Source: Octopus bimaculoides (lineage: Eukaryota). Taken from it: a DNA stretch of 64,000 bases. The notes under the pieces were generated by a model that ran no database searches, was not told where the DNA came from, and saw only the letters and a program-made list of their open reading frames with translations. The position numbers were made by a program, and so were the translations under genes. Position 1 is the stretch's first letter. Every line of letters begins with the position of its first letter. The stretch lies in contig NC_068995.1 in the NCBI RefSeq assembly GCF_001194135.2, forward strand, positions 5,726,571-5,790,570, read 5' to 3'. This document shows, one piece after another, positions 22,707 to 35,680 of the stretch.

Positions 22707-23053
22707 GAATACACACATACAGACATATGCTAACTTGGACATGATTATAGCTTAGCATAAAAAAAAATGCAATAGTAATAAAAAAAAAATACGATATGGC
22801 AACCGACAAGATGGTAAAAAGAAGTATATTAATGTGCTAAAATTCATATTTTATTGCTGTGTATCAATTTAACAGTCTGTAGTGATGTAAAGAGATCTGG
22901 TATGGGTGATAGTGTTTTTGTTGGTGGCGGTTGTATATGGGTTGGTATCTGTGGTGAGATAGTGCAATTTGAAACAGGCGGATACTCTAAATGTCTATGG
23001 AATGGAATTCTTCGATATCCATTTTATCTCTGTTCCAAAGTAAATGTTGCTTA

Positions 23054-23099
<46 letters not shown>

Positions 23100-23103
23100 A
23101 CCT

Positions 23104-23340
23104 GTTTCTGTTATTAGATTGCGGCCTTGCTGGAGCACCGCCTTGAAGAATTTATTTTTGTTGAATGAATCGACCCCAGTACTTCTTTCTTGTTAAGCTT
23201 AGTACTTATTCTTTCGGTTTCTTTTGCCGAACCGCTAAGTTACGGGGGATATAAACACACCAATACCGGTTGTCAAGCGGTGGTCGAAGACAGAGACTCA
23301 AACGCACACAAATATATATTTAGTTTCCGTCTACCAAAGC
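23104..23340 (-). mobile_element. SINE type B, 3' half plus end of the head module
   Basis: GCGGCCTTGCTGGAGCACCGCCTT, AATCGACCCCAG, GCCGAACCGCTAAGTTACGGGG, GTTTCCGTCTACCAAA. Confidence 0.8.
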
Positions 23341-24884
23341 TGGAGACACTTTAATTCGTTCTAGTTTACTAACCACTAGGATAAACATATCGCTCTGCAA
23401 ATTTACACACACACACACACACACACACCTACAGCAGGTTGTCTACCGATTTTACAGCTTCAATGCCTCTTAAATGTTCATATGTCTACCCCTTCTAGAT
23501 GGTTAAGATGGATGCTTGCGATGTTACTAACCCCCGGATCACTGATGCCAAATTTAAAGGCATTTTGTTGCCTTCAGGTTGGGGAATTAAGAGGGGAATG
23601 ATTTAAAAGAGAATTGAGAGTAATAAAGAAATTTTCGAGGAAATGTTTCAAAAGTTTCTATGAAGATATTTGGGGAAACCACGAAACCGAAAATCGATTC
23701 TGAAAAACGTAGATGGTCTTTTTATGTTATACAAAGCAATGTCGTTCGATGTCATTAAACGGTTATTTATGAACCCTGGGGCTATTTTGTTCCGGACAAA
23801 CAGCGTGCGGTAACAGTCAATGTTGTCAGAAGGATATTTCTGCCAAAGAGCTTATTGACTCCTGCATTCTTTACGAGCGATATGCTTGAAACAAAGTACA
23901 AAGGATCAAGTCAAGGTAATTTCTAAACAACAATTAAGTTTCTTTGTGGTTATTTATTAAATGTGGAACTGTGGGTAGTTAAAAACTTAAATTGTATGCC
24001 ATTAAAGGAAGCTGATTTTAGAGAGAAATATTACCAATTTCTTTGAATTCCACACGCAAACTCCCCACCAACAAACTATCAGATATCTTTAATCTTGATC
24101 CTATTCAGCTCCAATTTTTGGATCTCTGTGTTATTTATTTACAGACACTGAAATATATACGTTGTTGCTTATGTGGTAAATGTTGATTTTTAGGCTTTTT
24201 CCAGATTTGATCAAGCAGATTTCTGATTAGCATTCCAGCCATGACCATCCACACTTGTTAGACAGTACCGAATGTGCCCTGTTTTAAAATAGTAAGCTCT
24301 CATTTGAAATAGATTTCCAACTATTTTTGGCAATCCTTATGTTCAGGAACATGATTCCTGTAATGGTGATTGGTAATGGTCGTCGCTGATCCAGCAGACG
24401 GATGATCAAAGTCGTTCCATTTGTGACAATTCCATCTGTTTTTGTAGTAGTGGTGATATTCACATGGGTAGCTTTGTTTGTATCGACAAGCATATGACGG
24501 CTAGTAGTGTTGTTTAACCCTCGGTTACTACTGCACCTACCGATGGATGATTAAAGTCATATAGCAATGTTGACCCAGCCTCATGACTAATCAAACAGAC
24601 CCAAGATGAAAGGACGTCCAGCGTTTTATGAGAAATTACATTATCCGATGTTTTTTTTTGTTTCTTTTTGAAGACTGGCACGTTATCTGATCTATAGCTT
24701 CTATTTCTAGCAGATCGACGCCGTGTAGATGTTTAGTCGCCGAATCGCTGTTGTTTTGTCGTCAATAAAAGTTATGATAAGGTGGATAGTAAAAGATTTG
24801 TTGGTATTCGAGTATTCGTGATAGTTAGAGAAGAGGCGAAGGAATGTATCCATTATTTCAGCAATAATAATTTTCACAATCATA

Positions 24885-25215
24885 AAATGACCATCATCGC
24901 CATCACCATCGTCGTCCTCACCATTTTCACCATCATTAACATTTCCATTATCAGTTGTATCTACATTATCGTCATTATTGTCGTAACGACGACGACGGCC
25001 ATGACTGCCATCGATACGATCATCCTCGTCGTCCGCATCACCTCCACAACGATAGTCTTTGTCGCCACCACAACCATCAGCATTGCCTTCATCACCAGCA
25101 CCATCGTCACCATAACATCACCACCACAACCACCACCATCATCGTTTTCACCACCACCACCACCACCACCACCACCACGTTCTCCAGTATTATCGCTGTT
25201 ATTGTTGTTGTTATC
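24885..25215. repeat. Compound trinucleotide low-complexity tract (CAT/CGT/CAC/GAC)
   Basis: Decayed triplet repeats; a similar tract lies at 44750-44890. Confidence 0.85.
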
Positions 25216-27299
25216 AATTTGCTTTTAGTAGAATGAGGAACCGATGACGTCATTGCTTCTCTCCATATAGATGTCAGAGGATGATTTATGGCAACATGGA
25301 GCTCAGCCATCGGCCATTTTAACACTGCGTGTGTGTATGTGGTTAAATGTAGATGTGCGTGCAGACGTGTCCGCCTATGCTTGTTCGTCCTTCTATGTCT
25401 GCATGTAAGTAATGCAAACGCTGCGTCTGTGTGTATGTATGTGATTGGACGTGTTTGCAAGTGCGTGTACTATGCCTATGTGTCCCTTGTACGTGAACTA
25501 CGTGTTTATGTTCTTGTGTGAGACCATGTGTGTGGACATGTAACATTATGTGCACGAGTGTGCACTCACTACTTGCTAGTGTGCCTATGTGTATATATAA
25601 GCGTGTATGTGTCAGCCATTTCAAATGCTAAACATTTTCTATCATTTCTGTTTTACTGATTTGCTTTTCTTCTCTTCATTCATGGAAGAAACAATGGAAA
25701 CATGATATAGGTGCAAAGGAAAGAAGTTCACTAAAGCATCAATTGTGATGACTTTCTCATACACGTAGATCCACACGTGATTCTCTACACNNNNNNNNNN
25801 NNNNNNNNNNNNNNNNNNNNNNNNNNNNNNNNNNNNNNNNNNNNNNNNNNNNNNNNNNNNNNNNNNNNNNNNNNNNNNNNNNNNNNNNNNNNNNNNNNNN
25901 NNNNNNNNNNNNNNNNNNNNNNNNNNNNNNNNNNNNNNNNNNNNNNNNNNNNNNNNNNNNNNNNNNNNNNNNNNNNNNNNNNNNNNNNNNNNNNNNNNNN
26001 NNNNNNNNNNNNNNNNNNNNNNNNNNNNNNNNNNNNNNNNNNNNNNNNNNNNNNNNNNNNNNNNNNNNNNNNNNNNNNNNNNNNNNNNNNNNNNNNNNNN
26101 NNNNNNNNNNNNNNNNNNNNNNNNNNNNNNNNNNNNNNNNNNTAGAGCTCGAGCAAACAAAACAATACAGAGTGGACATGTCATTTAAAATGATTGACGG
26201 AGACGGAATAAATACAGGCTTTTAGCTAACCAGACGATAATGAAGAGTAACGCCTGGAAAAAATCCTGATTGGATATAGAAAAATAAATAGCACGAGAGG
26301 AGAAAGATATTGACAAGCAGACTATGCGTTCGGTGGTTACATTATATATATATATATATATATATAAGCGTGTCCTACTTGTTAAAACTCCATTTATTTA
26401 TTTGTGCAGCTGACCATGGCACTGCAATTAAATTGGTTGATGCAATGAGTGCATTATTCAATTAAATGGAGCTGCTTGAAACGGTCGCAATGCTTTATTA
26501 CTTGATATCCTGTTGCTTATTTTGATTATATATATAAAATTAATAAACCTCAAAGCTACATATGAAGTTAATTTATGAAATAGATAAATATTGTGATTTC
26601 TTTTTTAAAAAACCGAAGGTGATGAAACTGGAGATGTTAGCGATGGCAATCATGTTAAACTGATGTCCGTAATGATTATCAATGCTGTGATGATGATTAT
26701 GATGGTCCTGTTATGATGGTGATAATATAAAGAGAATGCAACTAGAGGAAATCCGAGAAAAATAAAAGCAGTTTGAAAGAGTGTTGTGTATATTTCAAAT
26801 ACAAATGAACTGTGAATGTAGGTTATTCTTATTTTTACTGTTTTTATTATTATCATCACGCTGCAACAGAATATTACATTGTTTATAAAAGCCAATAACC
26901 GAATTCTTCCACTTATTTATGATAACTTCCTCTAGCATGCAGTGTTTAAGGAAGGAAATTCGATGCCTGCAAGGGGTTAATGGTCGTTGCAAGTCGCGCC
27001 TTGTCTTGTAGGTTTTTCACTATCGTAGAGTTTAGCAAGATAACGTTTGTAGGTCGGGGTTCTATCGGTTTTTTTTTTCTTTTGACAACAATAATACAGC
27101 TGCTATTGTTGATGATGTAATTATGATGCTTTGCGAGAATTACTGTAACAAAATAGCCGAGAGAAATAAAATTGTGTAGAGTTTATATGCATTTTATATG
27201 TAAAGTGACAGGAGGTTTATACAATGTCGCTATTATTGAATGCAGAATAACAATACTTAAATAAATAATAAATAAATAAATAAATCTACGTACAGACAG

Positions 27300-27451
27300 A
27301 GGCGTAGCAAGAAACTTGCTTACTTTCCAACAACATGGCTCCGGGTTCAACCTCACTGCGTGACATATTAGGCAGGTGTTTTCTACTGTAGGTTCGGGTC
27401 GACCTAAGCTTTTCTGACTGAATTTGGTAGATGAAAACTGAACGAAGCTCG

Positions 27452-27455
<4 letters not shown>
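27300..27455 (+). mobile_element. SINE type B, 5' half, followed by (TA)n(TG)n
   Basis: CATGGCTCCGGGTTCAACCTCACTGCGTG...GGCAGGTGTTTTCTACT...TTTGGTAGATGAAAACTGAACGAAGCTCGTC. Confidence 0.75.
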
Positions 27456-27521
<66 letters not shown>

Positions 27522-27526
<5 letters not shown>

Positions 27527-27826
27527 TGCATGGCTCTGGTTAGAGTGTCGGGCTCACAATCATTATGTAGTAAGTTCGATTCCCAGAATGGGCTGTGTAT
27601 CGTGTTCTTGAGCAAGGCACTTTATTTTACGTTGCTCCATCTCACTCTGCTGCAGAAATGATTTGCGTGGTTACTAGTTCCAAGCCTTTCCCTTGGATAC
27701 CATCAGTGGCGTGGAGAGAGGGTGGCTGGTATGCATTGGTAACTGCTGTCTTCGATAAACAACCGTGCCTCAAAGGGGTAACTTTCTAGGTGAAATCTCA
27801 TAGTCATTCATGACCGAAGGGGGTTC
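27522..27826 (+). mobile_element. SINE type C (tRNA head, CORE-like domain, distinct tail)
   Basis: AAGTTCGATTCC B box; GTGTTCTTGAGCAAGGCACTTTATTTTACGTTGCTCC resembles the CORE domain; tail AACTTTCTAGGTGAAATCTCATAGTCATTCATGACCGAAGGGGG shared with 32218. Confidence 0.8.
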
Positions 27827-28634
27827 TATATATATCACGATATTTCACTTTGATAACGACTAAAGAGCTAGAAGCGGTGCGTCTGAGAATCTGATAGAGA
27901 GCAACTCTGGATAGATATGGTGTTTTTACATCCTTTACCATAAGAGAATTACATAGGCGCGCGTGTATGTGTGTGCGAGTGATAATCTCACATGGAACTT
28001 TACATTTGATTACCTAATTACACGAAATTAACGCTTCCGGTTCTTTGATTAGCAATGAAGAGGCACCCTTTATAATCATAAATAACTCACTCTCCTCTTT
28101 CAGCTATTGCATATCGTTTTACATTTCGTATTTATTCGTGCGTGCTTAAACGTACAGATACACGTATATACTCATGTATGGATGTGCGTGCGTGTCGAGA
28201 GAGTGTGAAGGAGACTGCATCACACAGCTTAAGGTTCTTGTCAGCCAGGGACCGTACCGTATTTTCAATGAGTGTCAACGGTAATCTCTAAGTATGTTTC
28301 TTTTTACATGTATGGAACTTGGTACAGCATATATTTTCTCAGAGTTACCTGGGGATTCTGCAATAAAGAGATTAAGATCCAACTTACTGTTGCGAGATTT
28401 CATTAACATTATCCAAGAGAGATTTTCTGTGGAAAGATTCTCTGTATATTAGATTTATCCAGCAACTATATCTGGAGGTTCTGGAAGGTACTTGGACCAT
28501 ATATCTTGTGCAATAGTTCTCAGACTGAAATAGATAATAATATTCCCTTCTTAAAAATCATAACTTCAAAAACTGAGGGCGCAGTTTCAAATAGAGGAGG
28601 AACAAATTCATTGTTTCATAATTTCTATATACTG

Positions 28635-28782
28635 GTTTAAAATTTTGGCTCCAGACCAGTAATTTCAGCCAAGTTTGGTAATACGATTACATAGGCTCGA
28701 ATACTCAGCCCGAAAGAATAAAAGCGGTAAGAAATGCCGCTAAGCATTTCATCCGTTGTGCTAAAGATACCGCCAGCTTGCC
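28635..28782 (-). mobile_element. SINE type A, degenerate and deleted
   Basis: CCCGAAAGAATAAAAG...GAAATGCCGCTAAGCATTTCATCCGTTGTGCTAA...GCCAGCTTGCCG. Confidence 0.6.
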
Positions 28783-29318
28783 GTATATAATTTCTGTCTG
28801 TCGATATCAAATCATGTTTAAAGTGTTGTACACGTCTCTGTAATAGAACTGGTCTACAATTATATTTCACACAATTATAATTGGTAGAATACCTCTTGGA
28901 AAACTGTCTTATTAAAGTTTTTCATTTGAAGTATTAAAACTTCGAAAAGATAGTACGCAGTTTCAAATATCATGGATGACATACTTTCTCGCATTCGCTT
29001 TCTTTTTTGTTTTTGCTTCTAATTCTAAAACATTCAATGACATACTCTGTGAATCGAACTATTAAAATTTGATAAAATTTGAAACATATTCAGTCATTGT
29101 AAAAATTAACAGTTGGATTTATAGACATTATGAACAGAATATTTTATCAATAAACACACAAATTTAAATATGAAAAAAGTAAAACGAAAATTAATTCCTA
29201 TGTCCAACAGCATTTGAAACTGTTTACTAACTTTACGAATATATCACATTTAGAGTGGCGAATTTTAAATACATCACTACCGAACAGCAATTTTCAGTCC
29301 AATGTTTACATGTTATAT

Positions 29319-29458
29319 AAGGTGGCGAGTTCATATTTCGTTGAGGTCGACTTTGCTTTTCATCAGTTTCAGGGTGATAACATAAGTAAATATTGGGGTT
29401 GATGTACTCAAGTCATACCCCGAAATTGCTGGCCTTGTGCCAAAATTTGAAACAAATA
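29319..29458 (+). mobile_element. SINE type A with internal head deletion
   Basis: AAGGTGGCGAG joined to GAGGTCGACTTTGCTTTTCATC; tail GGCCTTGTGCCAAAATTTGAAAC. Confidence 0.7.
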
Positions 29459-29505
29459 CTTACGTGCTTTCAGTTATTGTATTATGTGCTTCGAAACCCA
29501 CAGTT

Positions 29506-29547
<42 letters not shown>

Positions 29548-30291
29548 GTGAAGTATAAGGAAAGGAAAATTGTAGGTGTCGACTACATATTCCGAAAATC
29601 TAAGTGGACATAGAACACTAAATATTTTATCCAGAAACAAAACGCTTACACTATATAGAACACATTAATCTAGCGTCAACCAACTGACTTTACTTAAAAT
29701 ATGATGTCTTGTGGTGATTTAAATTACAATAATATTTTATTGCCATTTTATGGCACTCAGAACTATAAAATAAAATTGTGACAGCACTGGGATACGAACT
29801 TATAAGATACGTAATTAAGCACCACCACCACGCAGCTGTTCAGGAAAGCTACCTATTCTACCGTTAAATAGACCTCATATTACAAATAATGATATAAATT
29901 GATCTAACATATCGGTTTGTAAGAAGATAATGCTTACGATAATGTCGTATTTATAAGGTGAACCATGGACACAATTTCTGTAGAAGGCAATTATAACAAA
30001 CGGAAAATAATCTTCACCAAAGAGAGTGATTGACAATAGAAAATTGTAAAAACAAAACAGTAATGAATGTTGGCACAGACTGCAATAGATAAGCATTCAA
30101 CATTATTTCCTTTATGGATGTTAGTTGTACCAGTGAGATACTCTGCGTTGCCATATATAACTGCGAGCTGGTGTACGTCTCCTTTAAGTGGAGATTTTGT
30201 GGTCTGTTCTATCATGGCCGCCTGCCGAACGATGCACCTTTACTAATACCCACAGGCGCTGAAGGTACATTTCGAGAGTTCACATAATATT

Positions 30292-30703
30292 CTTTACTAC
30301 TCAAGGCACAAGGCTCGGAATTTGTGGGGAGGGGCCAGTCGATTAGATCGACCCCAGTACGCAATTGGTACTTAATTTATCGACCTTCGAAAGTATGAAA
30401 AATCGACCTTGGCGGAATTTGAACTCAGAACGTAAAGACAGACGAAATACCGCTAAGCATTTCGCTCGACGTGCTAACGTTTCTTATTTATTTATTGCCT
30501 ACAAGGGGCTAAACATAGAGGGGACAAACAAGGACAAGACAAATTGATTAAGTCGATTACATAGACCCCAGTTCGTAGCTGCTACTTAATTTATCGATCC
30601 CGAAAGGATGAAAGGCAAAGTCGACCTCGGTGGAATCTGAACTCAGAACGAAAACAGACGAAATACTATTAAGCATTTCACCCGGCGTGCTAACGTTTCT
30701 GAC
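30292..30703 (-). mobile_element. SINE type A dimer with two different tails inside one 14-bp TSD
   Basis: Units at 30292-30483 and 30484-30703; GTTCACATAATATT at 30278-30291 and 30709-30722. Confidence 0.85.
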
Positions 30704-31224
30704 TTAGCGTTCACATAATATTAGCCATAAATGGCTTTTGTGAGAACAGACCAATAGGAGCAACACAATAAGCTAATAAATGATTCAATTTTTTATCCTG
30801 TATATAAATATAAATAAATACAAATGTATGTGTGTTTGTTTTGAGTGGGAGAGTGACTAACGTAAAATTGTGAAAGAAAAAAAGAGGTCTCGGCGTTTAA
30901 AAGTCAATGCTTTAATAAACTCCCATCATTCAATTTACGAGACACACAGAACACCTGTGTGTGTGTGTGTGTTATACTCATTATAGTTTTATTGCTTCTG
31001 TTGTTATTGTTGTGGATGATGTATCGTTCTGTTGTTTGGTTTTTCAATTATTCAAATAGTCTCAAATTTCAAACACTTCATTTCCAGCTTCACAAATTCT
31101 TCTTTGTATATTTATTGAGGTAGGAGCAACTTTCTAAAAAAGAAAAATAACACACACACACAAACATTTCCCCCGAGAATACCTTTTCTTTCGGAATTAA
31201 TTACACAGTATTAGACACCCAGTA

Positions 31225-31259
<35 letters not shown>

Positions 31260-31269
31260 GTTGTAGTAA

Positions 31270-31740
31270 TTTCAAATTTTCACACAAGGTCAGGAATGTC
31301 GAGGAAGGAAGTCGATTACACGAACCCCAATTTTCAACGAGTACTTTATTTTATCGACCCTGAAGGGATGAAAGTCGATCCGGTTACATTTGAGATCATA
31401 GCGTAGACAAACGAGATGCCTCTAAGCTTTTTGCTCGGTGTGTTGATTTAAGAGAAAAAGACACCAGTTTCGAGACGAATGTATTAAAACTATGGACTAG
31501 AATATTAGACTTGTACTTTATCTTATCAACACCGGAAAGAGTAAAGCAAAATTGTTCTTGGCGAGATTTGAACTCCGATCACGAAGAGCAAAAAGAAATG
31601 CCACAAAACCTTTTTTCCGACTCTAACGAATTTTCCTTTCACTGCCTTAATAATTTCTAACGGTGGCAGAAGACTAGAAATTTCGATGAGTGGAACAGTC
31701 GATTAAATGCAACCCACTATTTGACTGGAACTTGTCTTAT
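31270..31740 (-). mobile_element. Tandem degenerate SINE type A copies (two plus a partial tail)
   Basis: AGTCGATTACACGAACCCC...TTATCGACCCTGAAGGGATGAAAGTCG; TTATCAACACCGGAAAG...GATTTGAACTC; CAGTCGATTAAATGCAACCC. Preceded by (CTA)n. Confidence 0.62.
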
Positions 31741-32049
31741 GTGCGACATAGCTTCAGTAAGTGGTTAATTAGAATCATCAACGCTAAAATTCACCAATGT
31801 CACATATGAAGTTAGTTGGAACCCTAGAGAGATTTCTACTGTTTTCCAAAGACTCAGTTCACCAAATATGAAAAATGTTCCAGTAGCTGTGAGCGATCTC
31901 ATATACTGGGTATTCGGGTCGAATTTGTCAGTTTGCATAGAAAGAAAAGAAAACAATATTCCATCTAGAAATAAGAGTATTCTAAATGTTCAGAAAATAT
32001 TAACAACGAGATTATGACTGGGAGATAACCGTCTACTCAAAGTAGCCGT

Positions 32050-32930
32050 ATTTAGCTTCGACTATGGCTTCCATATGGCTCCAGGATCCGGCGCACTATG
32101 TCTCTGAGGAGATCTTGGAAAACAACTTTGATTTTGATCGCCAGCTCGACTTTGATGTTGAAGGCAGTGTAGCTGGTGTCTTTCTCAATCGTAACCCACA
32201 CATCGTGATCCATAGCGTTAAGGTAAAGACCCCTTTTCGTCATGAATGACCATGGGATTGCACCTAGAAAGTTCTCCTCCGAGACACTAGTCCGGGTGAG
32301 GTTGTTTGTGGAAGACCCACTGTCGCCCATGTATACCAGTGTCCCCTCTCCATGCCACCGATGTTATACAAGAGAAAGACAAAGGTCGATACAGTTTGAC
32401 ACCAGTGAAGTCGCAACTCATTTCTACAGATAAGTGAACTGGAGCAACGTGAAATAAAATGACTTGCTCAAGAATACAATATAGAGTTCGGCCCAGGAAT
32501 TGAACTCACTATATCATTACGGTGAGCCCAACGCTCTAAAAAATGGGGGGTGGGATTAGGAGGATAGATATTAGGGATGATGAAGTCGTAGAAATCCTCT
32601 GACTACCACCTCTGACTCTTTTTACAGCTATGAACCAGGGAAAATCTTGCTGCCACACATGACCACCAGGCAACAATCCTCTCCAGCGAGGGATTGATCA
32701 CAATCTCCAGCAGCTTCATATATCTGTCTGAAATAAGCCTAAGGCCCTGTTCGAAGATGTCAGTATGAATCCAGGTGTGCGTATGCAGTCAAAACACCTT
32801 CTCTCCCTTCCTGCTGGCCACCACTTCCTAGTCTCCGTTGCAACTGCTCATGTCACATCATTATAGGCTTTACAGTATTCACAGATCATGGAGCATTAGA
32901 CATGGTCTGGACATTTCGATACCCGACGCG
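32050..32930 (-). mobile_element. Decayed RTE-like LINE (APE endonuclease region) interrupted by a SINE
   Basis: Minus strand with frameshifts: IRVGYRNVQTM (cf. IGTWNVRTM), ETRKWWPAGR, GLRLISDRYMKLLEIVINPSLERIVAW, EDFYD; beyond the SINE, DHDVWVTIEK and TAFNIKVELAIKIKVVFQDLL. Confidence 0.5.
32218..32548 (-). mobile_element. SINE type C
   Basis: Homologous to 27522-27826: GAGTTCAATTCC, GTATTCTTGAGCAAGTCATTTTATTTCACGTTGCTCCAG, tail AACTTTCTAGGTGCAATCCCATGGTCATTCATGACG. Confidence 0.82.
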
Positions 32931-33677
32931 AATCATCATTGTACAGTTAACACTTTTCTAATATTCAAATGGCTTCCAGTCTTCCATGTCAGCTAATTTT
33001 TTCTCAGTCTCAACATTAATCTTTATGTTCTCCAGAGTGGTTGGCTGGTCACCCATTCATCAAGCTATTATTGAGAAAAAGTAAAGAAAAATATGAAATT
33101 TAGCTCAAAACTCTGTCAATAACGACGCTAAATTTCAGTAATGCTCGGTAAGAAAACAGCTGCTAGAAATAAGTAGTCTCTGCTACAGACATTGACACAC
33201 CAGCTCACCAAATAATAAAGTAGTACTATTCAGTTACGCAGAAAACTGTAGTAGAAACAGCGACGCTATAGTTCAAGAATGTAAGATAAGATAATATTTC
33301 CAACGAATGGCAGACATCGGCAAGCTAAAAAGGAAGAAGTTCATATTCGGCTAAAACAATCGCTGTAGAGTATACATTATTTAAATGAATATACGGTATA
33401 CACTTTGGAGATAAATAGTTGGATTCGTGTAATTACATCTCTGCACGAAAAGAATTATTCATTTGGCCTCCGTAGACTGACACTTAATTTACATATTGAA
33501 GTCTTTCTCACGCGGTTCAATAAGTTCGGAGAGAGATTTGTCTGTGCGAGAATTATCGATTATTTCTTTGATATACATACATACATACATACACACATAC
33601 ACGCACACACACACACGTATATATAAATATATATATGACGCGCACATAATAAAAACATACATATGTATGATTACTCA

Positions 33678-33711
<34 letters not shown>

Positions 33712-33734
33712 ACACACTCATATATATACATATG

Positions 33735-33791
<57 letters not shown>

Positions 33792-34075
33792 GAGTGTGTG
33801 TGTGTGTATGTACATCTTTATTCTATCTTTTGCGAGTTTCAACCAGAGGCTGAGGCCATGCTGGTGCACCGCCTTTACTGCATCCGGGGATTTTTCCAGT
33901 ATTGCTGTTCTTTGTGCCCCCTGCCACGATGCGGGATCATCCGGTATTGCAGATAAAAAAAAACTGCCTACATGTTCTTTGAAGACTTCATTGTGTTGTA
34001 CACCTCGCATATCTCTGATGTTCTGTGGTGGGGCAATAAAATGTATAAAATATGTATAATATATATATATAGATA

Positions 34076-34131
<56 letters not shown>

Positions 34132-34429
34132 CATATACACACACACACATACACACACACACTCACACACTCACACACATATAGATATGTAAATGTGTGG
34201 GTGTGTGTGGCGGGGCTCTTTGTGGATGTGCTGTTGCATAGTTGTATCTTTTTTTACTTGCTTCAGTCAACGAGGAAAACCTCTCTGCATATATTTTTAA
34301 TTCTTTAAGTTATTTTGTCTCTTTTACTGAGCCGCCGCTGCACGTCTGGGACGTAAAGAAACCATTCCCGGTTGTCAGGCTCTGGTCGCCGTAGGGGGAG
34401 CGATAATAATACGCACACACGCACATAGG

Positions 34430-34520
34430 TGCGATGGGCTTCTACTCAGTTTCCCGCTACTAAATTCTACTCCCACAGCATTGGTCGACCCGGAGCTATA
34501 GTTAAAATCACTTGCCCAAG
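34430..34520 (-). mobile_element. SINE type B head fragment
   Basis: Minus strand: GGGCAAGTGATTTTAACTATAGCTCCGGGTCGACC...GGAAACTGAGTAGAAGCCCATCG. Confidence 0.65.
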
Positions 34521-35222
34521 AAGCAGCGCATGTATATATGTATGTGAGTATGGCAACACACACTTACACACACACACACACAGACACACACATACACACA
34601 CACATACACACACACACAAACAAAAACACACGTATCTATTAACGTACAAAGATATTAGCATTAGTGCATGATTGAAAGTGGTTTATTAATTACCTAAAAT
34701 AAACATAATCACAGGAATTGACTAAATTTCCATCAATTACTTTGAAAAGATGCTGCCAAGAGCAGTTTGTTCTGAAATGTTGATTCCTACAGAATTCTTA
34801 GATCCAAATCTTCCTCAAGATTGTCCAATTTGAGCTTCGGAAAAATTCACAAACTGAAGCCAAAAAGTATTGAAAGAAAAATAAATGTTTCTCTTGTTTG
34901 TATAATTTTTTATGGTAAATTGCTATTTTACCAAAATAGTATACTATTTTGCATAATTACCGTAAACTAATTAATTTTCTAATCAATGAACTTTTCCAAT
35001 GTCTTTGGTAATGCTAGGACATATAAATATTCTTGGTTTGTGTGTCATGAGATATAAAGGGGGAAATTCGTCAAAAGTTATTAAAACCCATGGATGTCTG
35101 GTAAAGATGGCATACTTTCTCAATTTCTGGTTACACAGGTTGAAAACTGTTCTCTCCATTTTGTGTATATGTATGTTTGTGTGTGTGCGTGATATTTTCG
35201 TTTACATAAGTTGAAATGTAAT

Positions 35223-35680
35223 ATGTCGGATTTCTCAAAAATCACAAGTACTTGAGGCGCGGATGGCTAGTGTTTCAGCCACAAAACCTGCTGAATTGTT
35301 TAATGTTTTAGAGAGATCCAATCTCTAAAACCATGTTGGAATTTCAAAGTTAAGTTAAAAACCAACTTTGGACAAGCAGGATCCTGGCTGGAAGGCAAAA
35401 CTCGGAGAGAGAGTCCATAGAGTAAGAGAACGTATTGTGTCTAAAAACCATAGAAATATGGCAACAAAATGCGACATCTGATCTAAACAACCGTCTTGTT
35501 GAAGCTGTGTCGACGAAAATAATTCGTCGTGAGCTCCTTAAGGCTAGATACCATGGAAAGGTTACAATTACTAAACCTATTCTGACCCTTATAAATGTTG
35601 ATAAGCAAAAAATGGTGCCTAAAATATATCAGCAGGCAATGGACGAAGTGTTGCATAGCACTGAATCCACTTTTGAAACG
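35223..35680 (+). mobile_element. Tc1-like transposase pseudogene (N-terminal DNA-binding region to first catalytic Asp region)
   Basis: Frameshifted MSDF..QVLEARMASVSATKPAELFNV, RIVSKNHR, VSTKIIRRELLKARYHGKVTITKPIL, VLHSTESTF; these parallel Tc1 GQIVGARMAGASVTKTA, VSTKTVRRELH and WSDESxF. Confidence 0.85.

Noticed and set aside
24782-25228. 148-aa ORF resembling a membrane or proline-rich protein
   Set aside because: Product of compound trinucleotide repeats; the same applies to 44595-44980.
25244-25253. Perfect CRE palindrome ATGACGTCAT (also 54464-54473)
   Set aside because: One or two 8-mer matches are expected by chance in 64 kb; no supporting promoter context.
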